Shown here: positions 37,212 to 47,363 of the stretch, in pieces
Layout: each line of letters begins with the position of its first letter
How positions within the stretch are numbered: position 1 is the stretch's first letter
Source: an uncultured archaeon
GTDB taxonomy: Archaea > Asgardarchaeota > Lokiarchaeia > Sigyniarchaeales > SOKP01
Assembly (NCBI GenBank): GCA_964508365.1
Contig: CAZDTP010000014.1
Location: 8,190 to 72,189, forward strand
Direction of reading: 5' to 3'
Length of the DNA stretch: 64,000 nt
Translations under genes and position numbers: made by a program
Notes under the pieces: generated by a model
What the model saw: the letters and a program-made list of their open reading frames with translations, nothing else
What the model was told of the DNA's origin: nothing
Database searches by the model: none

Positions 37212-37616
37212 TTTTTTAATTGTCTGTAAGTTATTTCTATGATGTTTACCAATAAATAAATTATCATTTCTTATTTAATTCTGATTGTCCTGAATCTTAT
37301 GATTTTATATCTTTAAGCCTAACCTTTGTAGTAGATTCTGCAATTAAGATAGTGAAAAAAAATACTTATAAAGATTTATTAAAATATTTTTTATGTTCGA
37401 AATAGAAAAATGAATTATCAAAATCTTATATTGGATTATTAAATTCTTGTAAAATTTTACAGATATATCAATGAGAATACTTTCGGAACGCGAATTTTAC
37501 ATACCTTTACTCTTAGGAATATGACCAATATATTTAAAAGTAAGACTTTCCATTTGTGATCTAATTAGACTAGATATATATTTAAGTAAAAATTTATAAG
37601 CATATAAGAAGTGTAA

Positions 37617-37832
37617 ATGAAAATGAGCTACAGTACACCAGAATATTTGAAATTCTTTGGTGAAATTAAATTCGCCGAACAAAAAAGTTTAAGTGTAAGT
37701 GATTTTGAAAACTCCCTTAAAAAACATTTTTCGAAAGAGGAAAAGATACCAAAAGGGCGCTATAAATTTGCTGAACTTAATAATGACTGTATAAAGGATT
37801 TCGAAGATTCCTTTAACAGTTATTTTGAATAA
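37617..37832 (+). CDS. Small hypothetical protein (71 aa)
   Basis: Isolated ORF in an AT-rich gap with protein-like composition. Confidence 0.5.
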   Translation: MKMSYSTPEYLKFFGEIKFAEQKSLSVSDFENSLKKHFSKEEKIPKGRYKFAELNNDCIKDFEDSFNSYFE

Positions 37833-38043
37833 TTCTATAAAATTTTTTTTAAAAATCTCTTTATATTTTAATTTTTCTTTACTAATCTAATTTATAATAT
37901 TTTTTAATTTCTATCATCTAAAATTTTGTATACTATTTGGCATTACCTACAGTCTATTATTTATGTTAGGATTTAATTTCTAGAAGTATAATTTATATTG
38001 GAGGAAAATCAATAGAACTTAATTTAATCAGTAAATTATAAAA

Positions 38044-38901
38044 TTGGTAATAAAAATGGAATTGTTTGAAGAAATTGAAGAAAAATTAATTAAAACAAAT
38101 GGGATAGAACTTCATACTGTTATGATAGGGGAAGGTCCGCCCTTAGTTTTACTTCATGGATTTCCAGATTTTTGGTATGGGTGGAAAAGTGTAATTTCTG
38201 GTCTCAAAAACATGTTTAAATTGATCATACCGGATATGCGTGGATATAATTTGTCTGACAAGCCTGAGGGCGTAGAAAAATATAAAATTGAAATTTTGGT
38301 GGAAGATATTAAAGGATTAATAGAGTCTTTAAGCTTAGGAAAGGTTTTCCTTGCCGGGCACGATTGGGGAGGGGTAGTGGCCTGGGCATTTGCCGAAAAA
38401 TATCCCAAATTGTTGCAAAAGTTGGCGATATTGAACGCTCCTCACATGAAAATATTCCAACAAAAATTGCGAACAGATAAAAAACAGCAGAAAGCGAGTT
38501 TTTACATTTTCGAATTTCTTAAACCCGACGGAGAAAAATTTCTTTTTAAGGACGACTATAAGTGGTTAAAATTCGCCGTTTTCGAAGGGATGAAAAACAA
38601 GAGCAATCTTACTGATTTCGATAAGGAGCAGTATTTAAGTGCGTGGACACGACCAGGAGCAATTTTAGGAGGAGTAAATTATTACAGGGCGAATGTTAGT
38701 TTTAATGATTGGACAGGAAAAATTACGGTCCCAACTTTAGTTATCCATGGTATGAAAGATAGTGCCGTGTTATCTTCAGTTTTGGATGAATTATCTGATT
38801 ATGTAGGCGACTTAAAAATTGTTCGAGCTGAAAATTCATCACATTGGGTAATGCACGACCAACCAGAACTAGTTATTTCATCCTTTAAAGAATTTTTCTA
38901 A
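38044..38901 (+). CDS. Alpha/beta hydrolase, epoxide hydrolase-like (probable start ATG 38056)
   Basis: LLHGFPDFW, PDMRGYNLS, GHDWGG, SHWVMHD. Confidence 0.9.
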   Translation: MVIKMELFEEIEEKLIKTNGIELHTVMIGEGPPLVLLHGFPDFWYGWKSVISGLKNMFKLIIPDMRGYNLSDKPEGVEKYKIEILVEDIKGLIESLSLGKVFLAGHDWGGVVAWAFAEKYPKLLQKLAILNAPHMKIFQQKLRTDKKQQKASFYIFEFLKPDGEKFLFKDDYKWLKFAVFEGMKNKSNLTDFDKEQYLSAWTRPGAILGGVNYYRANVSFNDWTGKITVPTLVIHGMKDSAVLSSVLDELSDYVGDLKIVRAENSSHWVMHDQPELVISSFKEFF

Positions 38902-39096
38902 TTTTTTGTCTAAATTTTCCCTCTCTTTAGCCTATCTATGGTTATTAATTATTTTATGTGATTTAATTAGCGTTATCTCTCTTTTTTTCGATTTAATATA
39001 ACATAAAGCATAGATTTATATGGTTACATTTTCTTGGAAAATCATAGGAAAATATTTAACTGTAATCCGAAATTACTTATATAGAAAAATTACTTT

Positions 39097-39549
39097 TTGA
39101 AAAATATGCCAGAAAAAGAAGCTTGGGCTTATCAACTTGATTGGTTAAATATTATAACAATCTTGGGATTAGATACAATTGACCAGATCCCCGAAGATAA
39201 AAAGAATGGAGTAATCAAGAAACTCTCTAAACTCTATAGTCCAGAATCTCTGCTATCGTTCATACCTCAAGAATTAGATGAATTAGTCGCAAGTGAATTA
39301 AAAAGCCTTATGGAAAAAGAATTAAGGATACATGCAAAACAAAAAGAAAGAATGGAAAAACAAATGAGGAATAGAATGCCTACCATCAAACGACCAGGGG
39401 TAATAGGTATTGACATGAACGATTTAAAAGATTTACCTGACGATGTAAAAAAAATGTTTTCTAAGATGTTTATGCAGAATGAAGGGGATGACGATCAAGA
39501 TGACGATAGCGACGATTACGGCGAAGATAAGAACTCTTATTATATTTAA
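39097..39549 (+). CDS. Hypothetical protein with acidic C-terminal tail
   Basis: 150-aa ORF ending EGDDDQDDDSDDYGEDKNSYYI. Confidence 0.65.
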   Translation: MKNMPEKEAWAYQLDWLNIITILGLDTIDQIPEDKKNGVIKKLSKLYSPESLLSFIPQELDELVASELKSLMEKELRIHAKQKERMEKQMRNRMPTIKRPGVIGIDMNDLKDLPDDVKKMFSKMFMQNEGDDDQDDDSDDYGEDKNSYYI

Positions 39550-39576
39550 ACTAAGTTAATAAAATAAAAAAAAAAT

Positions 39577-41199
39577 TTAAGAGATTTTATATTTCAAGCG
39601 ATTTATATCCGCTTTCTTTACTCTTTTATAGAATAAATACAATATTAGATATACACTTAATGACCATATCATCCAAGAGAGAGCTTGATATGTATCTATG
39701 TTTAAAAAATAGTTGATAAAATCTTCTAAAACATATAATCCTAAATCTGTTAACTCTTTTGGAAAATTAACAATATTAGGATAAAATTGAATGGCGATTG
39801 TTTCGTGTGTGTTGTTTTTTAAGTTCTTAAAAATATTTTCTAAGGTTTTATTGTTTGGGTCGTCCAATTTTAATTTAGTAAATGTATTTAAATCTTCATT
39901 TATATGAATATCTGATCCTGCCATACATGTCAAATTATTATCTAAACAAAACTGGCGAATGGGTTCATATTTGGAATAGCTTCCTCCATTAATAATTTCA
40001 AAACCATCAACACCCCAATCTCTTAATTGTTCAAGGGTATACGGAGCCCCATATCCTCCTTCGGGATTCGCATTATAATTATAATGGTTTACTGTTATAA
40101 AACCGCTATTCGCTTTTACATAACTGATTAGTTCTGAGGCATTCATCACTTTTGGACCCCCAAGAGTGTAAGATTCAGGAGGAACGATTTCTTCCTCTAA
40201 ACCAAAGTAATTCATATGAATCTCTGGGGTAGGTTCATGGTTGGTCCATTCTTCTGCAATCCAAACTGTAAAATCCAGTCCATTTTTTTCAACGAATTCA
40301 CGAGCAGCTAGAGCGCCTCTAATATTATCGTGATCGGAAAAAGCTGCTCCTGATATACCATGTTCGATATACCATAAAACTCTCTCCTCAGGAGTAAGCC
40401 ACCCATCAGAAAAAGTTGTGTGCACATGAAAATCAAATAAAAATTCATCCTCCTCTAAAGGTGTGATAGGGATGATTCTATGGGTAGGGAACTGTATTGA
40501 TAATAAAATCACATTGGAACCAAGTAGTAAAAAGACAATTCCCGCAAAAAACACAAATTCTTTTTTCAAATTATAGGTAATTCTTGTCTTTTTTGACTTA
40601 GCCCGACGATCATTATTCTCGATTTTTCCAGCAAGGTTAAGCTTAAGCCTAGGATGAACTAACTTTAAAAGTGTGTATCCTACCTTAATTCCAATTAAAA
40701 TAAAGCAAAGATGTATTCCAATTTGAATAGGAACCATAAAATAGCGGTTAACAAAATAGAATCCTTGAATTAAATAGCCTATAAGTATAATAAATAATAT
40801 TACAACAAGCGTTATAGATAACACTTTAAAAGCGAAATAAATGATGTTTGCTATGACATGTCTAAGTTGATCATATTTTTTAGAAGCCATTTTACCTTTT
40901 TTTCTTAAAAATACATAGATAACTCGGAGAATAGGATAAAATATTAAAAACAAAAAAAGCCATGTGAACTCGTATTCTAAAGTAGCAGCGATTACCATAA
41001 ATGGTTCAACTATATACCTTACTAATGGTAGTAGGCTAACATACTCCGAAGAAACGTCAATTTGACTAAGAGCATCGTAAAAAACAATCGTTCTTGGACC
41101 AAAAACTGCTAAAAGTATCAAAATCACAAACCAAAAAGAAAATATAAGCGTTAACAGTGAAAATACTTTGTTATTACAAATATACGATTTTAAACGCAT
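39577..41199 (-). CDS. Membrane-anchored PHP-domain metallohydrolase
   Basis: N-terminal TM helices; DFHVHTTFSDG, SDHDN, EEWT, GSDIH; C-terminal TM. Confidence 0.8.
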   Translation of the reverse strand: MRLKSYICNNKVFSLLTLIFSFWFVILILLAVFGPRTIVFYDALSQIDVSSEYVSLLPLVRYIVEPFMVIAATLEYEFTWLFLFLIFYPILRVIYVFLRKKGKMASKKYDQLRHVIANIIYFAFKVLSITLVVILFIILIGYLIQGFYFVNRYFMVPIQIGIHLCFILIGIKVGYTLLKLVHPRLKLNLAGKIENNDRRAKSKKTRITYNLKKEFVFFAGIVFLLLGSNVILLSIQFPTHRIIPITPLEEDEFLFDFHVHTTFSDGWLTPEERVLWYIEHGISGAAFSDHDNIRGALAAREFVEKNGLDFTVWIAEEWTNHEPTPEIHMNYFGLEEEIVPPESYTLGGPKVMNASELISYVKANSGFITVNHYNYNANPEGGYGAPYTLEQLRDWGVDGFEIINGGSYSKYEPIRQFCLDNNLTCMAGSDIHINEDLNTFTKLKLDDPNNKTLENIFKNLKNNTHETIAIQFYPNIVNFPKELTDLGLYVLEDFINYFLNIDTYQALSWMIWSLSVYLILYLFYKRVKKADINRLKYKIS

Positions 41200-41260
41200 A
41201 ATTATAACTTTGTTTTTATCCTTTAAAATAGTTTAAATTTAATTCAAACCACTCAACAAT

Positions 41261-42445
41261 TTATATAAAAGTGTCAATCGTTTTAAGGATATTAGAAAAC
41301 TTTTGATAAATTCTTGCGTCTACAACTGGAAGGTTCTTGATCAGTAAATCTGTTAATTCTTTCGTATTAATATTAGTTCTTTGGTATGGTTTCATACCCT
41401 TTAATACTAAAAAGAGCACAGGAATTTGCATGCTCCCCAAGCTTAACTCAGAGTTACTGATTGGATCGAAAATGTTTTTTAATTTTAGAATAACATAATT
41501 ATACAGATTTTCTTTGCTCCGGAATTCTCGTTTTAAATATAGAGTTTCCCACCGGTATGTTCTATTCGCTAGTCGAATTTTTTTAACGCATTTAGTATAT
41601 GTATCATTTTTGGTTATTGAAACTAAAAATATTCCTCTTATGAATGAAAAATCTGAGGAACAAGAGGCTTCAGAGGATCCCGGATTAAAAACCCAGTCGT
41701 CCATGATAAATTGCAAGTGAAAATGACCGAGTGCTAAATAATTTACTCTATCCTTTAGTATTAGGATTCTTCGATAGTCAACACCAGGAACCTGTTCCAT
41801 TTGGCCTTCAATCCCAAAATGCTGAAGAAGAATGTGAAAAAGATCGTCGTCTTTTATGATTCCGTCCCTCAGTTTTAAAAGATATTTTTCTGGATTTTGC
41901 CCTAAGTAACTAGTGCCATAAATAATTACGTCTTTTATTCTGATCTTGCCACCTTTCCGCGTTTTAAAATCGTATTCTTTAAACATTTCATCTGGCGGTA
42001 ATTCTACATCCGCATCCAACAAAATGATTAATCCTAAACTCGCTAATAACTTCAACCAAGACTGACCCCGCTGTTTGAACCTTTGTCCTCTTGAAAATTT
42101 GCGAATATCATGATTTCCTTCAATTGCTACAATTAAAATTCGATTATCGGTCTCATCTTTAAAATTATTAAGTAAATTAACTACTCTAGTTAACTTTCCG
42201 GGCAACATTTCTAAAGAGGTAAAAACATCACCCCCTAACAGGATAAAGTCTACTTGATGGAGAACAGCGGTCGTCAGTATTTCTTCGAACGCACTTATAA
42301 AATCGTTCGCGCGATCTTCGTTTCGATATTGGTGGCTACCTAAATGAATATCGCTTGCATGTATAAACTTTATCAAACTTGTCCCTTCTTTTTGAGCTTT
42401 TATTATGGTGTCCGGTTGAATGTTTATTCCATTAGTGCTCGTCAT
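41261..42445 (-). CDS. Mre11/SbcD-like DNA repair metallophosphoesterase
   Basis: SDIHLG, GGDVF, GNHD, LALGHFH, NPGS. No Rad50 gene adjacent. Confidence 0.8.
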   Translation of the reverse strand: MTSTNGINIQPDTIIKAQKEGTSLIKFIHASDIHLGSHQYRNEDRANDFISAFEEILTTAVLHQVDFILLGGDVFTSLEMLPGKLTRVVNLLNNFKDETDNRILIVAIEGNHDIRKFSRGQRFKQRGQSWLKLLASLGLIILLDADVELPPDEMFKEYDFKTRKGGKIRIKDVIIYGTSYLGQNPEKYLLKLRDGIIKDDDLFHILLQHFGIEGQMEQVPGVDYRRILILKDRVNYLALGHFHLQFIMDDWVFNPGSSEASCSSDFSFIRGIFLVSITKNDTYTKCVKKIRLANRTYRWETLYLKREFRSKENLYNYVILKLKNIFDPISNSELSLGSMQIPVLFLVLKGMKPYQRTNINTKELTDLLIKNLPVVDARIYQKFSNILKTIDTFI

Positions 42446-42650
42446 AACTATCTATCTTAAATTATCGTTTAGCAAAAGTAATAAATAAGATGTAATAACA
42501 ATTTATAAATTGAAAAAGTCTAAAGAAGTAGTGAAACCAGAGAAAAGACAAATTTATTAACTTTATACGATATATTCGAATAATATTCTTGCAAAAAATA
42601 ATTATTCTTTCAATCGAATATGTGAAAGATTTCTTAGAATTTAAATTAAC

Positions 42651-43232
42651 ATGCCAAAGAACAAATTTAAATATGATTTAGGCACGATTCATGGAAGATT
42701 TCAAATTCTCCATAACGACCATATAAAATTTTTAATGGCCGGAAAAAAATTATGCAAACACTTAATAGTAGGAATTACTAATCCCGATCCCTCTCTAACG
42801 AAAGATCACGACTCAAATTCTCATCGCAGTACGCCTATAGCTAACCCCTTAACATATTATGAGCGATATGTAATGATTAAAGAAGCTTTGCTAGAAGAGG
42901 GGCTCAAATTCTCAGAATTCTCAATAGTACCTTTTCCTATTAATGTTCCTGAGTTGCTAAAATATTATGTCCCCATGGATGCGGTGTTTTTCCTCTCGAT
43001 TTATGATGATTGGGGAAGACAAAAGAAAGTGTATTTAGAGTCGCTAGGGTTGAAAGTTCATGTTCTATGGGAAGTACCGCTAGAGGAAAAGGGATTGAGT
43101 GGAATCGATATTCGTCATTCAATGATAAAAGGAGAACCTTGGGAACATTTCTTGCCCACCGCTGTAGTCAAACTCGTAAAAAAATGGGACATCATAACAC
43201 GCATTAGTGAATTAAGCAAAAAAGAATTTTGA
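42651..43232 (+). CDS. Nicotinamide/nicotinate-nucleotide adenylyltransferase family (cytidylyltransferase-like)
   Basis: HGRFQILHNDH, VGITNPD, NPLTYYER, SGIDIR. Confidence 0.8.
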   Translation: MPKNKFKYDLGTIHGRFQILHNDHIKFLMAGKKLCKHLIVGITNPDPSLTKDHDSNSHRSTPIANPLTYYERYVMIKEALLEEGLKFSEFSIVPFPINVPELLKYYVPMDAVFFLSIYDDWGRQKKVYLESLGLKVHVLWEVPLEEKGLSGIDIRHSMIKGEPWEHFLPTAVVKLVKKWDIITRISELSKKEF

Positions 43233-43278
43233 TAAATCTATAATTTCATATTAACTATGCAACCTAAAGCTAGGAATT

Positions 43279-43333
43279 TACAAAAAATAGTAAAAATAAA
43301 ATAATAATAGATTAGTTATTTCTTTCGTTTGGC
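43279..43333. repeat. 55-bp direct repeat, copy 1 (duplicate of cdhC 3' end and T-rich terminator region)
   Basis: Matches 43993-44047 with 3 mismatches; minus strand still encodes AKRKK*. Confidence 0.85.
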
Positions 43334-43369
43334 ATTAAATAAATATTTAGTCTACTTCTCTATTATCAA

Positions 43370-43834
43370 ATGAAATTAATACAAAAGTTAAAAAAAAAGA
43401 AGGACACTATTAAGGAAAGTTTCTTTAAAAGCGTAATATATAGGATAATAACAATCTTTCTTGGAATGCTAGTTATTTTCATAGTTACAGGGAATCTGAT
43501 TGCTGCCTTTTCCATTGGATTTGCCACAGAAACAATTCAATTTATTAATTATTTTTTCTATGAAGCAATATGGACTAATTATCACGACAAAAGATTAAGA
43601 AGCAAAATTGAAAGAACAAGGAAAGTCGATATTAATTTAGATTTTGATCAACTAAAAGATATTTCTTTTGAATTCTCTCAAACAGATACTTATGCCAAAG
43701 AAGCTTACGAGTCTATATTATCGTTTTTTAAGAATTTAATACAAAACGAGATTTTAACAGAAATACGCGAAGACATTCAAAGAGACAAGAATTATTTTGA
43801 ATCAAGACATAAAGATAGGAGCTTTATGCGATAA
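43370..43834 (+). CDS. DUF2061 domain membrane protein
   Basis: ESFFKSVIYRIIT..TGNLIAAFSIG..YFFYEAIW. Confidence 0.75.
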   Translation: MKLIQKLKKKKDTIKESFFKSVIYRIITIFLGMLVIFIVTGNLIAAFSIGFATETIQFINYFFYEAIWTNYHDKRLRSKIERTRKVDINLDFDQLKDISFEFSQTDTYAKEAYESILSFFKNLIQNEILTEIREDIQRDKNYFESRHKDRSFMR

Positions 43835-43992
43835 TTACCTAATTTAAGCCTGAATTTTAATTCAACCAAAAAAAATCTTGTTTGCCAAAAATATTGATAC
43901 TATTACCACACCAAATTGAGGTTGGTCTTTTAGCATTTTATCTCACATTACCACACCTAACGATGATTCGGTAAGATTTAAAAAGCTAATTA

Positions 43993-44047
43993 TACAAAAA
44001 ATAGTAAAAATAAAATAGTATTAGATTAGTTATTTCTTCCGTTTGGC
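43993..44047. repeat. 55-bp direct repeat, copy 2 (overlaps cdhC stop)
   Basis: Near-identical to 43279-43333. Confidence 0.85.
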
Positions 44048-45466
44048 TTGAGGATTAATCTTTTTGACTATAATTGATTCTGCGTGGACCTTACAATTCT
44101 TTAAAATGATTTTGAATCCACCCGAGCCACCTACTCCAGGAATAGTAAAAGCTTGCGTTCCCATTGGAACCATTGCACCTTCAGCTTCCCATTCACCTTC
44201 TTCTTCTTCCTCTTCTTCACCTAACGCTTCTGCCCACGTCTTCACTATAGGATGATCCACTTCCTCTAACCACTTTTTTAAGTTGTTAATGTCGGGAACA
44301 TCTTCTTCAGTCGCGATTTTGGATACCAAATCTTTTGGAAGTAATTCTGCAACTCTATCCTTTACTCCCTTGTTCATCCACACAACAGTTTCAATTCCTT
44401 TATCTAATCCTTGTACTAGTCCATCATATCTTTGGTATTTCGGGGATATGATGTATTGTATGCTGATTCCGTTGAAACCAGGCATCTGTTTACCGCCGCC
44501 AGTTTGATTGGCCATCGCGCTGAACGGAAGCCCGTTAATTGCTACATCGTTATAGTTTCGATCGACAATTCCGTGTCCATTTACTTCAGGAATATAGAAG
44601 TCAATAGCTTCAAAACAACCGCACGATGTGTGAGGGAATTCCATTCCTGAAAATAGATAAATTCTTTCAATTTCACCTAGCGATCGCTTTTTTATCATTT
44701 CGTTTACTCCAGCATATTCTCCAGCATCTAGGTTTAAGCATTCACCAGGAGGGATTTCGAATAAAGGTCCTTTTGGGTCGACTTTCGCAGCAGCTCTGGC
44801 ATCAAACCAATTAATTGAACCACATAAACTTGTTCGGTCAGGAGTGATACAACACGCGTGAGTAGGAGCGAAGGATTGACACAAAACGCATCCATAGAAC
44901 ATATCTACATCTTCATCATGAATCGTTCGAGCTCTTTCGTCTCTTTTGTCGTAAACGCCCATCGCAAATTCATATGGTTTCTCAATATCTTTCGGATCGG
45001 TGTATATAGTTACTTGAGCTTTTTTAATTATAGGAAGTTCAGCTTTGTAGAGTCTAATTAGAATTGTACCTAACATTTGGAAAGAATTGAAACCTTTTTC
45101 GAAAGCGGAAGTAGAAATGCGCATCCAATTAGTATATCGTTGGTTGAGATGCATAATTCCATTAACAAAATTGCAGAATTCATGAATCCGTCGTTCGAAG
45201 ACTGCTTCTAAATCTTCTTCCAGCTCTGGTCCGGCAACTTCAACAAAAATTCCAATTGGATGAGTTGAACCCGGTTCCATGTCTTTGAGATCAGGACCAT
45301 ATAATGTTACCTCTTCATCTTTGATTTCCTTATCAGATTTCACTCGGACTAATTCAAAATGCTTTTCTATTTTGGGACCGCCTAATTCTACATACATTTG
45401 CTTAGCCCTGATGCGTTCCCCTTCGTAAACGGGACCAACATCTACAGGCATGTCTGAAAAACTCAT
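44030..45466 (-). CDS. cdhC: Acetyl-CoA decarbonylase/synthase complex beta subunit
   Basis: YEGERIR..ELGGP, FYGCVLCQSFAP, PHTSCGCFE (A-cluster ligands), acidic linker. Confidence 0.95.
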   Translation of the reverse strand: MSFSDMPVDVGPVYEGERIRAKQMYVELGGPKIEKHFELVRVKSDKEIKDEEVTLYGPDLKDMEPGSTHPIGIFVEVAGPELEEDLEAVFERRIHEFCNFVNGIMHLNQRYTNWMRISTSAFEKGFNSFQMLGTILIRLYKAELPIIKKAQVTIYTDPKDIEKPYEFAMGVYDKRDERARTIHDEDVDMFYGCVLCQSFAPTHACCITPDRTSLCGSINWFDARAAAKVDPKGPLFEIPPGECLNLDAGEYAGVNEMIKKRSLGEIERIYLFSGMEFPHTSCGCFEAIDFYIPEVNGHGIVDRNYNDVAINGLPFSAMANQTGGGKQMPGFNGISIQYIISPKYQRYDGLVQGLDKGIETVVWMNKGVKDRVAELLPKDLVSKIATEEDVPDINNLKKWLEEVDHPIVKTWAEALGEEEEEEEGEWEAEGAMVPMGTQAFTIPGVGGSGGFKIILKNCKVHAESIIVKKINPQAKRKK

Positions 45467-45505
45467 ATATTTATTCTCCTCTTAGTTCTTATTAATAATT
45501 TATTT

Positions 45506-46075
45506 TTATAAATTTTCAATTAATTTTTCTAAAAAATCTTTCCAATCGTCGTCACTCAAATTTGGTAGACTAAATCTGGCATTTGGATGGGAAAATTTAT
45601 CCAACTCGACGAGTCGTAAGTGATTTTGAAAATTCTTTAATCTACTTAAGGTTTGACTCACATAATATACGGTATGTCCGCCAAAAATAGCCATACTATA
45701 TTGTCCTTCGCCATCTAAACCTTTCCAATCTTTATCAACTAATCTACCGGTTATATTTATTAGCGACATATCCCATAATTTATCGTTAGGGATTTTATCT
45801 TTAAGGTACTTGTAAGCATGACCTGTAGATATGATGTGACAATTTAGTTTCTTAGCTACTTCAATGAAATAGTCGACTACTTTTTTTCCACCAAGTTCCC
45901 AAGTTAAAGACTCTGAACCTATGACAAAAACCTTCTTTTTATCGTCCTTTATGAGGTTTGCCATGATCTTAGGATCGTAAACGCTGGTCCCTTGCTCAGG
46001 TCCTGGGATATTTGCTTTTTGATATGGTCTTGCCATATTTTCATCAATTTCCTCTTTTAAAGATTTTATATGCAA
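45506..46075 (-). CDS. cdhB: Acetyl-CoA decarbonylase/synthase complex epsilon subunit
   Basis: PYQKANIPGP, WKGLDGEGQY, YYVSQTLSRLKNF, LDKFSHPNARFS. Confidence 0.85.
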   Translation of the reverse strand: MHIKSLKEEIDENMARPYQKANIPGPEQGTSVYDPKIMANLIKDDKKKVFVIGSESLTWELGGKKVVDYFIEVAKKLNCHIISTGHAYKYLKDKIPNDKLWDMSLINITGRLVDKDWKGLDGEGQYSMAIFGGHTVYYVSQTLSRLKNFQNHLRLVELDKFSHPNARFSLPNLSDDDWKDFLEKLIENL

Positions 46076-46172
46076 GTTTTTAAATAATTACTATATTTTA
46101 ACATTATTAAGCGTATTTTAAAAAATTTGGTTTTATTTGATTTAACCAATTTTAAAGGCTTAAAAATAAATT

Positions 46173-46493
46173 TTGAGAGAAATTTTTAGTATGTGTGAAT
46201 TTAAGGTAATCAAGAAAAACGACGGCTCGCAGATATTAGAAGATATTGTAATTATATCGTATACAGAAGATAATGAATTATTGTTCAAAGATGTTATGGG
46301 TATGGGCGAGATTTTAAAATCCGCTCTTATAGTTGACGTTAATACTATGAATCAAACTTGCATTGTTTTGGAGCATCCCCTAATACAAAATTTCGTTGGG
46401 ATGATAGAGAAAATTAATTCTAAAACTATTTCAAAAGCCGATATTGAAAATTTTGAAAAGCAGCTTGTTAGCCTCAAAAATAATATTAACTAA
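46173..46493 (+). CDS. CooT family nickel-binding protein (probable start ATG 46191)
   Basis: MCEFKV..ILEDIV..LFKDVMG..IVDVNT; divergent from cdhB. Confidence 0.75.
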   Translation: MREIFSMCEFKVIKKNDGSQILEDIVIISYTEDNELLFKDVMGMGEILKSALIVDVNTMNQTCIVLEHPLIQNFVGMIEKINSKTISKADIENFEKQLVSLKNNIN

Positions 46494-46526
46494 GAAGTAA
46501 AAGAGATCTTTCATAATTCTTTATTT

Positions 46527-46655
46527 ATGCATAAATCATCTTTTAAGAGCTTTCTTTTTACAGATCTGAGTAATCCAATTTCAAATAGCATATACCAAAA
46601 AATAGGATACAAACCGGTAATTGATGAAAACCATTATAAATTCGGGAAAAAGTAA
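46527..46655 (+). pseudogene. C-terminal fragment of a GNAT acetyltransferase
   Basis: FLFTDLSNPISNSIYQKIGYKPV is a GNAT C-terminal motif; the upstream body of the gene is absent. Confidence 0.6.
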
Positions 46656-46725
46656 TTAAAAATAAAAAAAAGGTTCGAGAAATCTCCTGATTTTCTCCAG
46701 TAATTTATGCTATAGTAAGGAACTA

Positions 46726-47007
46726 CTATTTTTTAGGTGGTAAAATTTCTATCTCTATTGAAGAGATATTAGTGTTAGTGCCATCAGTATTGTTAAGCGT
46801 TTCAGTGTTAATAAGAATTTCTCCGTAATCACTTCCTTTGAGAAATTTATTCCTAAGAATTTCCGCAACATCTACCGCTCGGGAAATAGATCTTCCACGA
46901 GCGAGAAGTCTTACTGGTTTTTTGCTTAAAACAATCATAGCTGCCATTACATAATCCATTGCTTTCTTTTTACCAATAAACACTTTTGAGTCATTTTTTT
47001 CAACCAA
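46726..47007 (-). CDS. albA: DNA/RNA-binding protein Alba
   Basis: VFIGKKKAMDYV..ARGRSISRAVDVAE..SSIEI. Confidence 0.93.
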   Translation of the reverse strand: MVEKNDSKVFIGKKKAMDYVMAAMIVLSKKPVRLLARGRSISRAVDVAEILRNKFLKGSDYGEILINTETLNNTDGTNTNISSIEIEILPPKK

Positions 47008-47363
47008 CCTTCTTCACCTTTCAATTTCATCTAATTTGTTCTCTACAAGATGTTTCTTGAATCGTAAAACATCTAAATTATGCTAAGGTTAATTAGCTTT
47101 AACGATGATTTAAAGATTGTGATATTTTTCTAGCTTTGTTTGATGAATCTTATGGTGATGATAATATAAAGTATAGTAGAAGATTATAGTGATCTATAGC
47201 ATAAGCATTCAACTTATGAGTTCTTCCGGATAGTTACATTTGAAACCGTTTTCAAACTGAAGAATTATTATGTCTTACAAAATCTAAGGTATTAAAATAA
47301 CATGAATAAAATTTATTTTCTCTTAATAAAAATTAATTATATTGAATTTGAAAAGATAAAAAA

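Noticed and set aside
43902-43957. 11-nt direct repeat ATTACCACACC, possible mini-CRISPR
   Set aside because: Only two short copies and no cas genes.
44380-44445. Hidden intron in the cdhC 7-aa insertion
   Set aside because: No BHB could be constructed.
47100-47265. Possible C/D box sRNA (TGATGA ... CTGA) upstream of the methyltransferase
   Set aside because: The boxes are about 100 nt apart with no terminal stem; expected by chance in AT-rich DNA.
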